This document shows, one piece after another, positions 1 to 8,515 of a stretch of 64,000 nt of DNA. The notes under the pieces are model-generated. The model did not search any database and was not told the origin of the DNA. It saw only the letters and a list, made by a program, of their open reading frames with translations. The stretch is taken from assembly GCA_031459235.1 (NCBI GenBank), contig JAVKIY010000004.1, forward strand, positions 14,448 through 78,447, in the 5' to 3' direction. This stretch comes from Candidatus Fervidifonticultor tertius (GTDB lineage: Bacteria > Sysuimicrobiota > Sysuimicrobiia > Sysuimicrobiales > Humicultoraceae). How positions within the stretch are numbered: position 1 is the stretch's first letter; every line of letters starts with the position of its first letter. The position numbers and the translations under genes are program-made.

Positions 1-1156
1 CGGTGAGTACCGGGTGAAGAGCGCGCACCTGATCCCGTTGCACGGCCGGGCGTTGCGCGCGCTCGGCGGGTTCCGCGCGTGGCAGGTACGGCACGTTCCG
101 CGCGAGGAAAACGCCGCCGCGGACGCGCTGGCGAACCGCGCGCTGGATGAGGCCGCGGGCGCAGGCGCGACCCCACGCCATCGGGGCGCGCGGGCCGGGC
201 AGGCCACGCCACCAGGCTCGGGGGCCACGGCGCGGGGCCCGCGAGCTGGTGGCGCGAGCCCGCGCAGCCGGTCGGCCGTGTTCGACCACCTGTGCCGCGG
301 CCTGACGCGCGTGGCCCGCGGGCTGCGCGGCACGCTCGGCCTCGGCCTCAAGACCACATGGGACGGTGCCGAGTTCTACCTCGATCCCGACCGGCCGTTT
401 CCCATGGCCAGCGTCTTCAAGGTGCCTGTGCTCCTCGAGCTGCTGATGCAGGCCGAGGAAGGTCGGTTACGCCTCGAGGAGACCATCGCGCTGGACGAGG
501 CGATGAAGGCGCCAGGCTCCGGCGTGCTCAAGGAGCTGACGTCGCGACCCGCGCTCAGCCTGCGCGATCTGGCGCTCTTGATGATCATCATCAGCGACAA
601 CACCGCGACGGATATCCTGGTGCAGCGCGTGGGCACCGACGCGATCAACCGCCGGCTGGCCGGGTGGGGATTCGCCGTCACGCGCGTGGTCGTGGACTGC
701 CGCGCGCTCCTCTTCGACCTGGCGGGCCGGCCTGTCGGCGCCTCCGGGCCCGAGGCGCGTTTCGAGGTGGAGCGTCTCCTGAAGACCGCGCCGCGGGTGT
801 TCACCGGGCGTGCCTACGCGGCCACCGGGACCAACGTCACCACGCCGCGCGAGATGACCGCGCTGCTCGAGATGCTCGTCTCGCCCGGCCGGCTGCCCGA
901 GGGGGTCCGCGCGCAGGCGCTCGACATCCTGCGGCGCCAGCAGGTGCGCGACCGCCTGCCGCTATACCTCCCGCCGAGCGCCGAGATCGCCCACAAGACC
1001 GGGTCGATCGCCGGCGTGCGCAACGACGCTGGTATCCTGTTCGTCCCGCCCGGGCCCGCGCTGATCTGCGCGTTCGCGCGCGACCTCGAGAGCGACCTGG
1101 CGGGCAGCGCCGCCATCGCCGAGATCGGCCGCCTCGTCTACCAGGCGTACGCGTAG
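1..1156 (+). CDS. 5'-truncated ORF: C-terminal end of an RNase H-like domain continuing in frame into a class A beta-lactamase-like serine hydrolase domain (the hydrolase might instead start independently at GTG 278)
   Basis: Frame 2 is open from base 2 to TAG 1154-1156. The first ~45 aa (..WQVRHVPREENAAADALANRALDEA) resemble the conserved C-terminus of RNase HI-type domains. The rest carries the class A beta-lactamase motifs S-x-x-K (ASVFKV), S-D-N (ISDNTATD) and K-T-G (HKTGSI). No signal peptide is visible. Confidence 0.7.
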   Translation, partial: GEYRVKSAHLIPLHGRALRALGGFRAWQVRHVPREENAAADALANRALDEAAGAGATPRHRGARAGQATPPGSGATARGPRAGGASPRSRSAVFDHLCRGLTRVARGLRGTLGLGLKTTWDGAEFYLDPDRPFPMASVFKVPVLLELLMQAEEGRLRLEETIALDEAMKAPGSGVLKELTSRPALSLRDLALLMIIISDNTATDILVQRVGTDAINRRLAGWGFAVTRVVVDCRALLFDLAGRPVGASGPEARFEVERLLKTAPRVFTGRAYAATGTNVTTPREMTALLEMLVSPGRLPEGVRAQALDILRRQQVRDRLPLYLPPSAEIAHKTGSIAGVRNDAGILFVPPGPALICAFARDLESDLAGSAAIAEIGRLVYQAYA

Positions 1157-1173
1157 GGCAAGAGGGAAGTGCG

Positions 1174-1746
1174 ATGATCAGGCCGCGCCTGCCCGGCTGC
1201 TGGCCGGTGCTCCTGCTGCCGGTCGCGCTGCTCGCCGCGACGTCGCTCGCGCCGGCCGCCGCAGCCGACCCCTCCACGGCCCCGTGGACCACGTTTCGTC
1301 ATCCGGTCTACGGGTTTGCGGTGAGCCATCCGCACGCGTGGGAGACGCTGAGCGGCGAGGGCCGTGCCGCCTTCGCGGCCATGGGCCCGCCGGCCGCGGG
1401 CGCCTCGGGGCTCCGGCTCAGCGTGGTCGTGGCCACCGGCCCGGTGCCTGCGGGCGCGTCCATCGAACAGGCCGACGCCGAGGTCCAGCAGCTCCTGGCC
1501 GGCCAGTCCGGGACCGTGCGCGTGCTGCGCCGCGATCGCATCGATCTGCGCGGCGTGCCATCGTTTATTCTCTACATGGCGCGGACCACTCCCACGGGGC
1601 AGCAGCTCTATCAAATGGTGCTCGTCGTGATCCACCGTGGCCGCGGCTACGCGGTGGTCGGGACGACCGCCGCGGCGTCCACCAACCTGGCCGAGGAAAC
1701 GCGTCTGTTGCAGCGCGTGCTCCTCACGTTCCAGCCCGGCACGTAG
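1174..1746 (+). CDS. secreted hypothetical protein (signal peptide, no domain I recognise)
   Basis: ATG 1174 is preceded by the purine-rich AGAGGGAAG. The N-terminus MIRPRLPGCWPVLLLPVALLAATSLAPAAAADP is a typical signal peptide. It shares a frame with track ORF 292..1746, whose upstream part overlaps the preceding gene and is Arg/Pro/Gly-rich. Confidence 0.6.
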   Translation: MIRPRLPGCWPVLLLPVALLAATSLAPAAAADPSTAPWTTFRHPVYGFAVSHPHAWETLSGEGRAAFAAMGPPAAGASGLRLSVVVATGPVPAGASIEQADAEVQQLLAGQSGTVRVLRRDRIDLRGVPSFILYMARTTPTGQQLYQMVLVVIHRGRGYAVVGTTAAASTNLAEETRLLQRVLLTFQPGT

Positions 1747-1774
1747 GCGTGGCCTGGCGCTGGCGACGGCGCCT

Positions 1775-1802
1775 TTGCGGTCCTGGACCCGGGTGTTACC
1801 AT
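1775..1802 (+). promoter_or_regulatory. candidate sigma-70-type promoter for the RNase P RNA gene
   Basis: TTGCGG (1775-1780), a 16-nt spacer, then TGtTACCAT (extended -10, TACCAT 1797-1802). The predicted start about 6-7 nt downstream coincides with the 5' end of the P1 helix at ~1808. Confidence 0.35.
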
Positions 1803-1807
1803 GGAGT

Positions 1808-2175
1808 GGGAGCAGGCCGGGCCGTCGCGGCGCCACTGACGCCGAGGAAAGTCCGGGCTCCGCAGGGCAGGGTGCTGGGTAACACCCAGCGGGGGCGACC
1901 CCAGGGACAGTGCCACAGAAAAACACCGCCAGCCGGGAAACCGGCCGGTAAGGGTGCAACGGCGGGGTAAGGGCCCGCCGGCGGCCCGGCGACGGGCCGG
2001 CCAGGCAAACCCCACCCGGAGCAAGGCCAGATAGGGGGAGATGAGGTGGCCCGCCGATCCCCGGGTAGGCTGCTCGAGGCCGCGGGCAACCGCTGGCCCT
2101 AGAGAGATGACCGCCGCGCCGCCGGCGCCGTTCAGGCGTTGCGGCGTACAGAACCCGGCTTACAGGCCTGCTCCC
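1808..2175 (+). ncRNA. rnpB: RNase P RNA (bacterial type A)
   Basis: Universally conserved blocks are present in the right order: GAGGAAAGTCCGGGCTCC (~1846), ACAGAAAAACA (~1914), GGTAAGGGTGCAAC (~1949) and ACAGAACCCGGCTTA (~2148). The 5' GGGAGCAGGCC (1808-1818) pairs perfectly with the 3' GGCCTGCTCCC (2165-2175) as helix P1. No credible protein ORF explains the region. Confidence 0.9.
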
Positions 2176-2185
2176 CGGCCGTTCG

Positions 2186-2212
2186 CCGCGCCGCGCGGCG
2201 CGGGTATCTTTC
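2186..2212. terminator. GC-rich hairpin plus T-rich tail between convergent rnpB and the DUF1343 gene
   Basis: CCGCGCC (2186-2192) pairs with GGCGCGG (2197-2203) around a 4-nt loop. It is followed by GTATCTTTC and sits exactly between the two convergent gene ends. Confidence 0.4.
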
Positions 2213-3428
2213 AGCGCTCTGGATAGAGGAGGAAGGCCGCCCGCAGCGCCTCGAAGCGGCGCAGGTCCGGTTCCCACCGGGCCGCGATGGCCGCGGCAGG
2301 CGCGCCGCGTTCGAGGTCCTTGCGCACGCGGTCGGTGCCCCAGACGAAGTCGAAGATCTGGCGTCCGTTGCGGGGTACGAACTGGAACCGCCGCGGGTGG
2401 AGCGCGCGCACCGCGGCGAGCACGTGAACCGCAGTGGTGGCGGGCCGGAAGCGCAGCGAATCGGTGATGCGCACGCGGACGCCGCTGTGCAGGCCACCGC
2501 GGATGACCGTCGCGTACGGCTCGAACGCCACGCCCGGTAGGCCAGCGGCGTTCAACCGCTCGGCCAGGCGCCGGCCGTCGAGCCACGGGCTGATGACCAG
2601 CTCGAACGGGTGCGGCGTGCCCACGCCGTTGGAGAGGTTCGTGCCGTCCAGTACGCCGGTGGCCGCGTAGTAGAACGGCGTGTGCATCGTCGGGATATTG
2701 GGCGACGGTCGGACCCACGGCAGGCCGGTCTCCTCCCAGGTCATACGCCGGGTCCAGCCCTTCATCGGCACGATCCCCAGGTCGGCGTTGAGGTCGAAGA
2801 CCGAGTTGAACATCCAGGCCAGCTCGCCGATGGTCATGCCGTGCACCATGGGGATCGGGAACATCCCGATGAACGACCGGTAGGCCGGGTCCAGCACCGT
2901 GCCGTCGACCTGTACGCCGCCCAGCGGGTTGGGGCGGTCGAGCACCACGACCGGCTTGCCCGCCTCCCGTGCCGCCTGCATCACCTGCGCCAGCGTGGAG
3001 GTGTACGTGTACGCCCGCGCACCGACGTCCTGCAGGTCCACCACGAAGACGTCGATGGCCGCCATCATCTCGGCGGTCGGCCGCCGCGTGGCGCTGTAGA
3101 GGCTGAAGACCGGGATGCGCCCGGCCACGTCGGGGACCGGCTGGCCCGCCGGGATCGTGCCCGCCAGGCCGTGTTCCGGCGCGAAGAGCGCCGCGACCGC
3201 AAAGCGCGGGTCGCGGAGGAGCACGCTCGCGGTCGGGTCGCCCGCGGCGGTCTGCCCCGCGGCGTGCGTGACCAAGCCGATCCGGCGCCCCTGCAGGAGG
3301 CCCGGAGACTCCAGCAGAATGTCCACGCCGGGTCGCGTCAGGCCCGGCGCCTGCGCCTGCGATTGCGCGATCAGGACGACGCCAAGCGCGACGGCAAGGG
3401 CGACGCGTGCCAGGATCCGCATGTGCAT
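2211..3428 (-). CDS. DUF1343 family protein (NamZ/YbbC-like exo-beta-N-acetylmuramidase), secreted
   Basis: Family-typical blocks: LFAPEHGL, IPVFSLYS..RRPT.EMM, IDVFVVDLQDVGARAYTYTSTL, VVLDRPNPLGG and PIPMVHGMTIGELA. I moved the start to ATG 3428 (MHMRILARVALAVALGVVLIAQSQAQA is a signal peptide). The upstream 61 codons of the track ORF are Arg/Pro-rich. Confidence 0.85.
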   Translation of the reverse strand: MHMRILARVALAVALGVVLIAQSQAQAPGLTRPGVDILLESPGLLQGRRIGLVTHAAGQTAAGDPTASVLLRDPRFAVAALFAPEHGLAGTIPAGQPVPDVAGRIPVFSLYSATRRPTAEMMAAIDVFVVDLQDVGARAYTYTSTLAQVMQAAREAGKPVVVLDRPNPLGGVQVDGTVLDPAYRSFIGMFPIPMVHGMTIGELAWMFNSVFDLNADLGIVPMKGWTRRMTWEETGLPWVRPSPNIPTMHTPFYYAATGVLDGTNLSNGVGTPHPFELVISPWLDGRRLAERLNAAGLPGVAFEPYATVIRGGLHSGVRVRITDSLRFRPATTAVHVLAAVRALHPRRFQFVPRNGRQIFDFVWGTDRVRKDLERGAPAAAIAARWEPDLRRFEALRAAFLLYPER

Positions 3429-3537
3429 AGGGTGATTCGGGTCGCCGCCGGCGACTCCTTGAGGGGCCGGCGGCGGACGGCGCCCGCGATAGCGCCGGTG
3501 GGCTGAGCCGGCAGTCCGCCACCCACGAGGCGGACGT

Positions 3538-5124
3538 GTGACCACGCTGACCGCCACACAACCCGCGGACGAAGGCCAGGGCGGCTTTCTGGCCGTGATG
3601 CGGCACCGCAACTACGCGCTGCTGTGGACCAGCCAGCTCATCTCGCACCTCGGCGACCGCTTCCACTGGGTGGCGATTTCGCTGTGGGTGTACGCCGAGA
3701 CCGGGTCGGCGCTGTCGGTCTCGTACGCCATCGTCGCCCTCATGGTCGCGCCCGCGCTCGTGGGGCTCTTCGCCGGCGCCGTGGCTGACCGGTATGACCG
3801 GCGGCGGATCATGATCGTCACCGACCTGCTCCGGGCCGTGCTGGTCGCCGCGATCCCGGCGTTGATGACGCGCGGGCTGCCGTGGGTGTACGGTGCGCTG
3901 TTCCTGATGTCGGCCGCCTCAGCGTTCTTCCGGCCGGCCATGTGGGCGGCGGTGCCGCAGTCGGTCCCTCGCGACCGGCTGCTGCAGGCGAACGCCTACT
4001 TTGCGTCACTCGAGTCCGCGGTGGAGGTCGTCGGCCCGGCGCTCGCCGGTCTGCTGGTTATGCGGTTCTCGTACGCGGCGGCGATGTACGTGGACGCGGT
4101 GAGCTACCTGGTGTCGGCGGTCCTTGTGGCGGGGATGAGACTGCCTCCGGTGGCTGGCCGGGGCGGCGGTGTGGTGGTAGTGGAGGGCCCGGGGGGGATT
4201 CTGGCGTCGATTCGGGAGGGGTTGCGGTACGTACGGGGGGATAGGATTCAGGTAGCGCTTTTGGCGCTGTTGCTTTTGGGTCAGTGGGTTGTCGGTCTGA
4301 GCTCCCTGCAGACGCCGCTGGCAAAGGGCGAGGTCGGCATCTCAGATCGTCAATTTGGCTGGTTCCAGAGTGTGTGGGGAGCGGGCTTCATCGCGGCATC
4401 AGTCGCAACCGCGTGGTTTGGCGGACGGGTTCCCACTGGACAGGCTATTGTCCTTGGCTACGCGCTTTGGGCGCTCGCCGCAGCCGCCATGGCCATGAGT
4501 GCTAATCTCGGGATGCTGGTGGTTACTGGATTCTGGGTGGGGTTCGCAAACATTCTGGTGTTCGTGAATGTTAGTACCTTGCTCATGGAGCACACCCCGT
4601 CAGATAGGCTCGGTCGGGCGATAACCCTACGCCAGATCGGCGTTGCCATCGTTCGCGTGAGCGCTCTACTCGGGTTCGGATGGATGGCGGATCTCGTCGG
4701 GGTAAGAGAAGCGATACTTGCAATGGCTTGGCTCGCTCTCGCTGGTACCACTATCGCAACGTTACGCTTCCCTGCCTTGTGGCGGTACTCGAGCAATCCC
4801 GTTCGCTCCGTGCCGCGCAGCCACAGTGGAACGTATCTTCCGTTGCTTCGGCAACTTGGGGAACCCTCGATCTCCAGGGCGGTGCTCCGGCTTGCAGGGG
4901 CGCACGTCGATCAAGAGTTCGCACATGATGAGCAGAGGTGGCTCAACGCGGCCTGCCTTGTCATCGTGACGGTTGGCTGGCTAGTGCTGGCGTTCCACTC
5001 CCCGGGCCCTGCCGCCGCCGTCGCAGGTTCAGCGTGGGCTGCGACCATCGTTCCGCGCTTGCTACAGGCTTGGTGGCGACGCAGATCAGCCAGGGCCGCG
5101 GAGCGTCACCGTCTGCCTGCCTAG
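3538..5124 (+). CDS. MFS transporter with a ~110-aa C-terminal extension
   Basis: N-terminal LWTSQLISHLGDRFHWVAISLWVY and DRYDRRRIM loop motifs, with about 12 hydrophobic segments. Nucleotide composition changes abruptly within the gene at ~4150-4260 (see findings). Confidence 0.85.
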   Translation: MTTLTATQPADEGQGGFLAVMRHRNYALLWTSQLISHLGDRFHWVAISLWVYAETGSALSVSYAIVALMVAPALVGLFAGAVADRYDRRRIMIVTDLLRAVLVAAIPALMTRGLPWVYGALFLMSAASAFFRPAMWAAVPQSVPRDRLLQANAYFASLESAVEVVGPALAGLLVMRFSYAAAMYVDAVSYLVSAVLVAGMRLPPVAGRGGGVVVVEGPGGILASIREGLRYVRGDRIQVALLALLLLGQWVVGLSSLQTPLAKGEVGISDRQFGWFQSVWGAGFIAASVATAWFGGRVPTGQAIVLGYALWALAAAAMAMSANLGMLVVTGFWVGFANILVFVNVSTLLMEHTPSDRLGRAITLRQIGVAIVRVSALLGFGWMADLVGVREAILAMAWLALAGTTIATLRFPALWRYSSNPVRSVPRSHSGTYLPLLRQLGEPSISRAVLRLAGAHVDQEFAHDEQRWLNAACLVIVTVGWLVLAFHSPGPAAAVAGSAWAATIVPRLLQAWWRRRSARAAERHRLPA

Positions 5125-5149
5125 CCCGTACTGTTTCGATTTATCGGCA

Positions 5150-5583
5150 AGCTCAAGGGCGTAGGCACAGTTTGGCAGCACACCGCCTGCGATGCGGCGT
5201 GCTCGTACGCCGTGGCCTGGGTCACCACCGAGGGCTCGGCCCGGGCGGCGGCCCGCTTCCTGCTCGACCGGATGCTGCCCGCCTACCGCGTCGCGGGCCG
5301 GGCGCTTCAGCGGGTCCTGACCGATCACGGCAGCGAGTACCAGGGCATCCGGCACTCGGATGCGCCCCCGCCACGCCGGGACCAACGCCTTCGTCGAACG
5401 TCTACCAAGCACCATCCTGGCCGAGCTGTGGCACATCGGCGCTTCTTCACGCGGGTGGGGACGATACAGGACGTCCTGAATCGCTACCTCGCCTTCTACA
5501 ACCACCAGCGCCCTCACCTTGGCTACCGGACCCGCGGCTGCAAGCCCGCCAAGGTGTTCATGCTCGCTCCGGAGGTGCACTGA
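5150..5583 (+). pseudogene. decayed DDE (rve/integrase-core) transposase, IS481/IS3-like, N-terminally truncated and frameshifted
   Basis: One frame gives VWQHTACDAACSYAVAWVT..AAARFL..RVLTDHGSEY and later LNRYLAFYNHQRPHLGYRTRG. The intervening conserved block RPRHAGTNAFVERLPSTILAELW is only readable in another frame (~5355-5430). At least two frameshifts are therefore present, and no HTH N-terminus is present. Confidence 0.7.
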
Positions 5584-5917
5584 TGGCCAACGACCTGGCA
5601 GCACCCTTCCGAGAATTGGACACCTAGCAGGACAATCATCGGTCAAGAGAATATACTAGTAGCACCGGACCGACAGCGGAGCAAGTGCGACACTCCACGT
5701 CGCGAACCGAACACGGATCGCCCCCACACCGCCACGAGACTTCGTGGCGAGGGGCACCTAGTCACCTCGCCTGTAGCAGGGCGCGAGACAGTGACGTTCT
5801 TTAAGGTGACAGGTGAAGGTCGTTCGCGCAATCCGCAACATGCTCAACCGAGGGCTGTTGTTGGGTGGGGACGTAGAGCTGTAGGCTGTCGGTCTGGTTC
5901 TCTTTTGTGGGGCACTC

Positions 5918-7222
5918 ATGCAAACGATCACCGGAGAGGTTCGGCTGCTGGTCCTTGCGGTCACAGCTGTGGCCACCATTGGGATTGTGGCGTTCTCCGA
6001 CCAGATCCGTTGGCAAGAGTGGCAGCAACTCGTACTATTCTTTTGCCTCATAGCTCTAGCATCATCGGTTAGAATCGCGGATCCACGGGGGCGTACGATC
6101 ACGCCCAGCACCGTGCTCACGTACTTGGCAATGTACGTCTTCAATGCTCCGACGGTCCTGCTCCTGGTCGCTGTCGGTCGAGCCGTGGGCTATTCCCTGG
6201 ATCGCGGCTGGGTCCCATGGCGCTCCATATTCAACGGAGCCCAGGTTGGGCTGAGCGCATCGGCAGGCGCGTACGTTTTTGGCTTGGTTAGCCAGGGGGC
6301 CGGACCTATCCCTGAGGCTCGGGTCTACGCGGCCGCCTTGATAGCGCCTCTCCTGCACCAGACACTCAACAATCTATTCGTGGCAATAGGCGTCAGCCGG
6401 TGGCGCGGCACACCCTTCGTGAACACATGGTATGCTGGAGTTCAAGCGCTCTTCTGGCCGAATCTCCTGAGCATCCCAACCGCATTCGTACTGGCAATCC
6501 TGTACGTGCGCGTGCATCACGCGGTTACCCTTGCGTATCTGGCTCTTCTGCCATTCCAGTGGATGGCGCTTAGACTCTACGTGCGACGCCGTGAGTTGTA
6601 TGCGCAGATAGTTGATGGGCTCGTTGTGGCAGCCGACGCTAACTTCCCTCTCGGCAAGGGGCATGCACGACGCGTTGCGGAACTCGCGGTCGCGGTTGCA
6701 CGGGAGATGCGTCTCGGGGAAGCGGTCATCGAGTCTGTCCAGTTCGCCGCGCAGCTTCATGATGTCGGAATGATCGGCAAGGACGATCTGTTGGATCGCC
6801 CCGTTCTCACTGCCGAGGAGGTACGTAGCCTTGAGGATCACGTAAAGGTCGGTGCGGAGATTGCCAGGGAACTGCCGCGCAGAGAGATTGCTGAGGCGAT
6901 CCTGTATCACCACGAGCGATTCGATGGCACAGGATATCCAGGTGGTCTCCGGGGTGAGGAAATACCGCTTGGTGCAAGGATTATTGCCCTGTGTGAGGCT
7001 GTAGACAGTATGCGGTCAGGAATGTTTCCGTTTGGCGCCGCAATGCCCTGGGGCGCAATTGTCTCTCTTGTTCAGGCCGAAGCCGGCCGAGCTTTCGACC
7101 CGGGCGTAGTCGACGCGTTCCTTCGGGCGGTTGCAGCTGGGACTGTTCACGCTCGACGCCGCGAACCGTCGAGTGAAGCCTTTTCCAGTACGGCGACGCT
7201 AGGGGGGATTCCCGTCCCATGA
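5918..7222 (+). CDS. polytopic membrane protein with C-terminal HD-GYP domain (divergent copy)
   Basis: About 230 aa of hydrophobic segments are followed by GHARRVAELAV, LHDVGMIG, DHVKVGAEI and YHHERFDGTGYPGGLRGEEIPLGARI. It lacks the HDxGK lysine and the downstream DRPYR motif found in its neighbour. Confidence 0.85.
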   Translation: MQTITGEVRLLVLAVTAVATIGIVAFSDQIRWQEWQQLVLFFCLIALASSVRIADPRGRTITPSTVLTYLAMYVFNAPTVLLLVAVGRAVGYSLDRGWVPWRSIFNGAQVGLSASAGAYVFGLVSQGAGPIPEARVYAAALIAPLLHQTLNNLFVAIGVSRWRGTPFVNTWYAGVQALFWPNLLSIPTAFVLAILYVRVHHAVTLAYLALLPFQWMALRLYVRRRELYAQIVDGLVVAADANFPLGKGHARRVAELAVAVAREMRLGEAVIESVQFAAQLHDVGMIGKDDLLDRPVLTAEEVRSLEDHVKVGAEIARELPRREIAEAILYHHERFDGTGYPGGLRGEEIPLGARIIALCEAVDSMRSGMFPFGAAMPWGAIVSLVQAEAGRAFDPGVVDAFLRAVAAGTVHARRREPSSEAFSSTATLGGIPVP

Positions 7223-8448
7223 TCGACCGAACGGGACTCCTTCGCCTCTGGCCACTCTTGGTCGTAGGTGGCGCGATTGGAGTGGCATTGCCTGGCGGTA
7301 CCCAATCTGATCCGTGGGCAGTCGCGCTCTTTACGGCCCTCGGCGTGGCCTGCGAGTGGCTGGAGATTCGCTTAGGCCCGCTTGGATTCCTGACGCTTCG
7401 GCCAATGGTCGCCTTTGTTGCGCTGTGGCGCGGTGGACTATCAGCGTACATGGTCGTTGGACTAATTTCGGTAATAGCAGCACAACTGCTTGCTCGCAGG
7501 CGTTCTTTCGTGGAGGTAATCGATGAAGCGGGCCGGGAAGTCGTGGCACTGGGGTTGTCCTCTGTAGCCTACAGCAACATCGCCGGGTCACCTGGGGTGG
7601 CGCTCTCCGCCGTCGCACATCGACTGCTTGCCGGGGCGGTTGTGATGTTGGTCTACTGGGGCACTAAGCTGGCACTTCGTGTTGCCCAACTCAGTCATGC
7701 CGAGGGTATGCGCCCTCAGCAGGCGGCACGAAGCCTGCTGCGTCATGCGTGGCCGCACCTTATCGTAATGATTGCTGGGGCAGTCGGGCTGAGCTTCATT
7801 GAGAGTGACTTGGGTCTTGTGGTGACAGGTCTCGCCGCCGTCATGTTTATCGAGGCCTACTACCCCTGGAAACTCTTGGGCGAGCAAGGTGGTGTATTGC
7901 TTACCAGCCTACAAATGATGGCCCAGGCCGTTGATCTCAAGGATCCTTACACATCAAATCACTCGCAGCGTGTGTCCAGGTACGCCGTCCGCCTAGCGCG
8001 CACCATGGGTCTTCCCGAGGAAGAGGTTGAGCGTATCCGCATTGGGGCTCTGATGCACGACATAGGGAAGATCGGCATCAGCGGGCGCATTATACGTAAG
8101 CCTGGTAGGCTCAGTCCGGAGGAGCGTGTGAAGATGCAGCAGCATTCGGCAGTGAGCGCGGACATTATCGAGCCCTTGGAGATCCTCGGCGAGTCCGCTA
8201 GAATGGTCCGGCATCACCACGAGAACTGGGACGGCACCGGCTACCCAGCGGGCTTGAGAGGCGAGGAGATTCCTCTCGGATCCCGGATTATCCTCGTTGC
8301 AGACGCTTTTGACGCGCTTGTGACGGATAGGCCCTATAGAAAGGGCGCGAGCCGGCCCGAGGCTCTCAATGTCATTCGGAAGCACGCTGGCACGCAGTTC
8401 GATCCTGTAGTCGTTCGCGCTCTGGAGAGAGTGTACACTTCGCTCTGA
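7219..8448 (+). CDS. polytopic membrane protein with canonical HD-GYP domain (cyclic-dinucleotide phosphodiesterase family)
   Basis: Motifs HSQRVSRYAV, LMHDIGKIG, HHHENWDGTGYPAGLRGEEIPLGSRI and DAFDALVTDRPYRKG. ATG 7219 overlaps the stop of the upstream paralogue (ATGA). Confidence 0.9.
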   Translation: MIDRTGLLRLWPLLVVGGAIGVALPGGTQSDPWAVALFTALGVACEWLEIRLGPLGFLTLRPMVAFVALWRGGLSAYMVVGLISVIAAQLLARRRSFVEVIDEAGREVVALGLSSVAYSNIAGSPGVALSAVAHRLLAGAVVMLVYWGTKLALRVAQLSHAEGMRPQQAARSLLRHAWPHLIVMIAGAVGLSFIESDLGLVVTGLAAVMFIEAYYPWKLLGEQGGVLLTSLQMMAQAVDLKDPYTSNHSQRVSRYAVRLARTMGLPEEEVERIRIGALMHDIGKIGISGRIIRKPGRLSPEERVKMQQHSAVSADIIEPLEILGESARMVRHHHENWDGTGYPAGLRGEEIPLGSRIILVADAFDALVTDRPYRKGASRPEALNVIRKHAGTQFDPVVVRALERVYTSL

Positions 8449-8463
8449 GAGCTTTCAGACGCG

Positions 8464-8493
8464 TTGGACCCTGTAGAGGTAGTGCGGGATACT
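8464..8493 (+). promoter_or_regulatory. candidate promoter for the SARP/NTPase/TPR gene
   Basis: TTGGAC (8464-8469), an 18-nt spacer, then GATACT (8488-8493). A strong RBS AAGGAG (8504-8509) lies 6 nt before ATG 8516. Confidence 0.3.
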
Positions 8494-8515
8494 CATAGGT
8501 CCGAAGGAGTGGGCG

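Noticed and set aside
3441-3455. 15-bp palindrome GTCGCCG-C-CGGCGAC in the divergent DUF1343/MFS promoter region (possible operator)
   Set aside because: My rough estimate is that about ten 7-bp-arm palindromes are expected by chance in GC-rich DNA of this length. No regulator gene is adjacent to give it meaning.
1138-3666. 842-aa ORF on the minus strand, the second-longest minus-strand ORF in the track
   Set aside because: It runs antisense through the signal-peptide gene and the RNase P RNA gene and out of frame through the DUF1343 gene. Its translation is dominated by Arg, Pro, Gly and Ala runs typical of wrong-frame ORFs in >70% GC DNA, and no motif is recognisable.
5730-5749. Perfect 8-bp hairpin CGCCACGA-GACT-TCGTGGCG in the non-coding stretch before the HD-GYP genes
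   Set aside because: It is short, has no T-tract, and no gene end nearby needs a terminator. Hairpins of this size are expected by chance in 64 kb.
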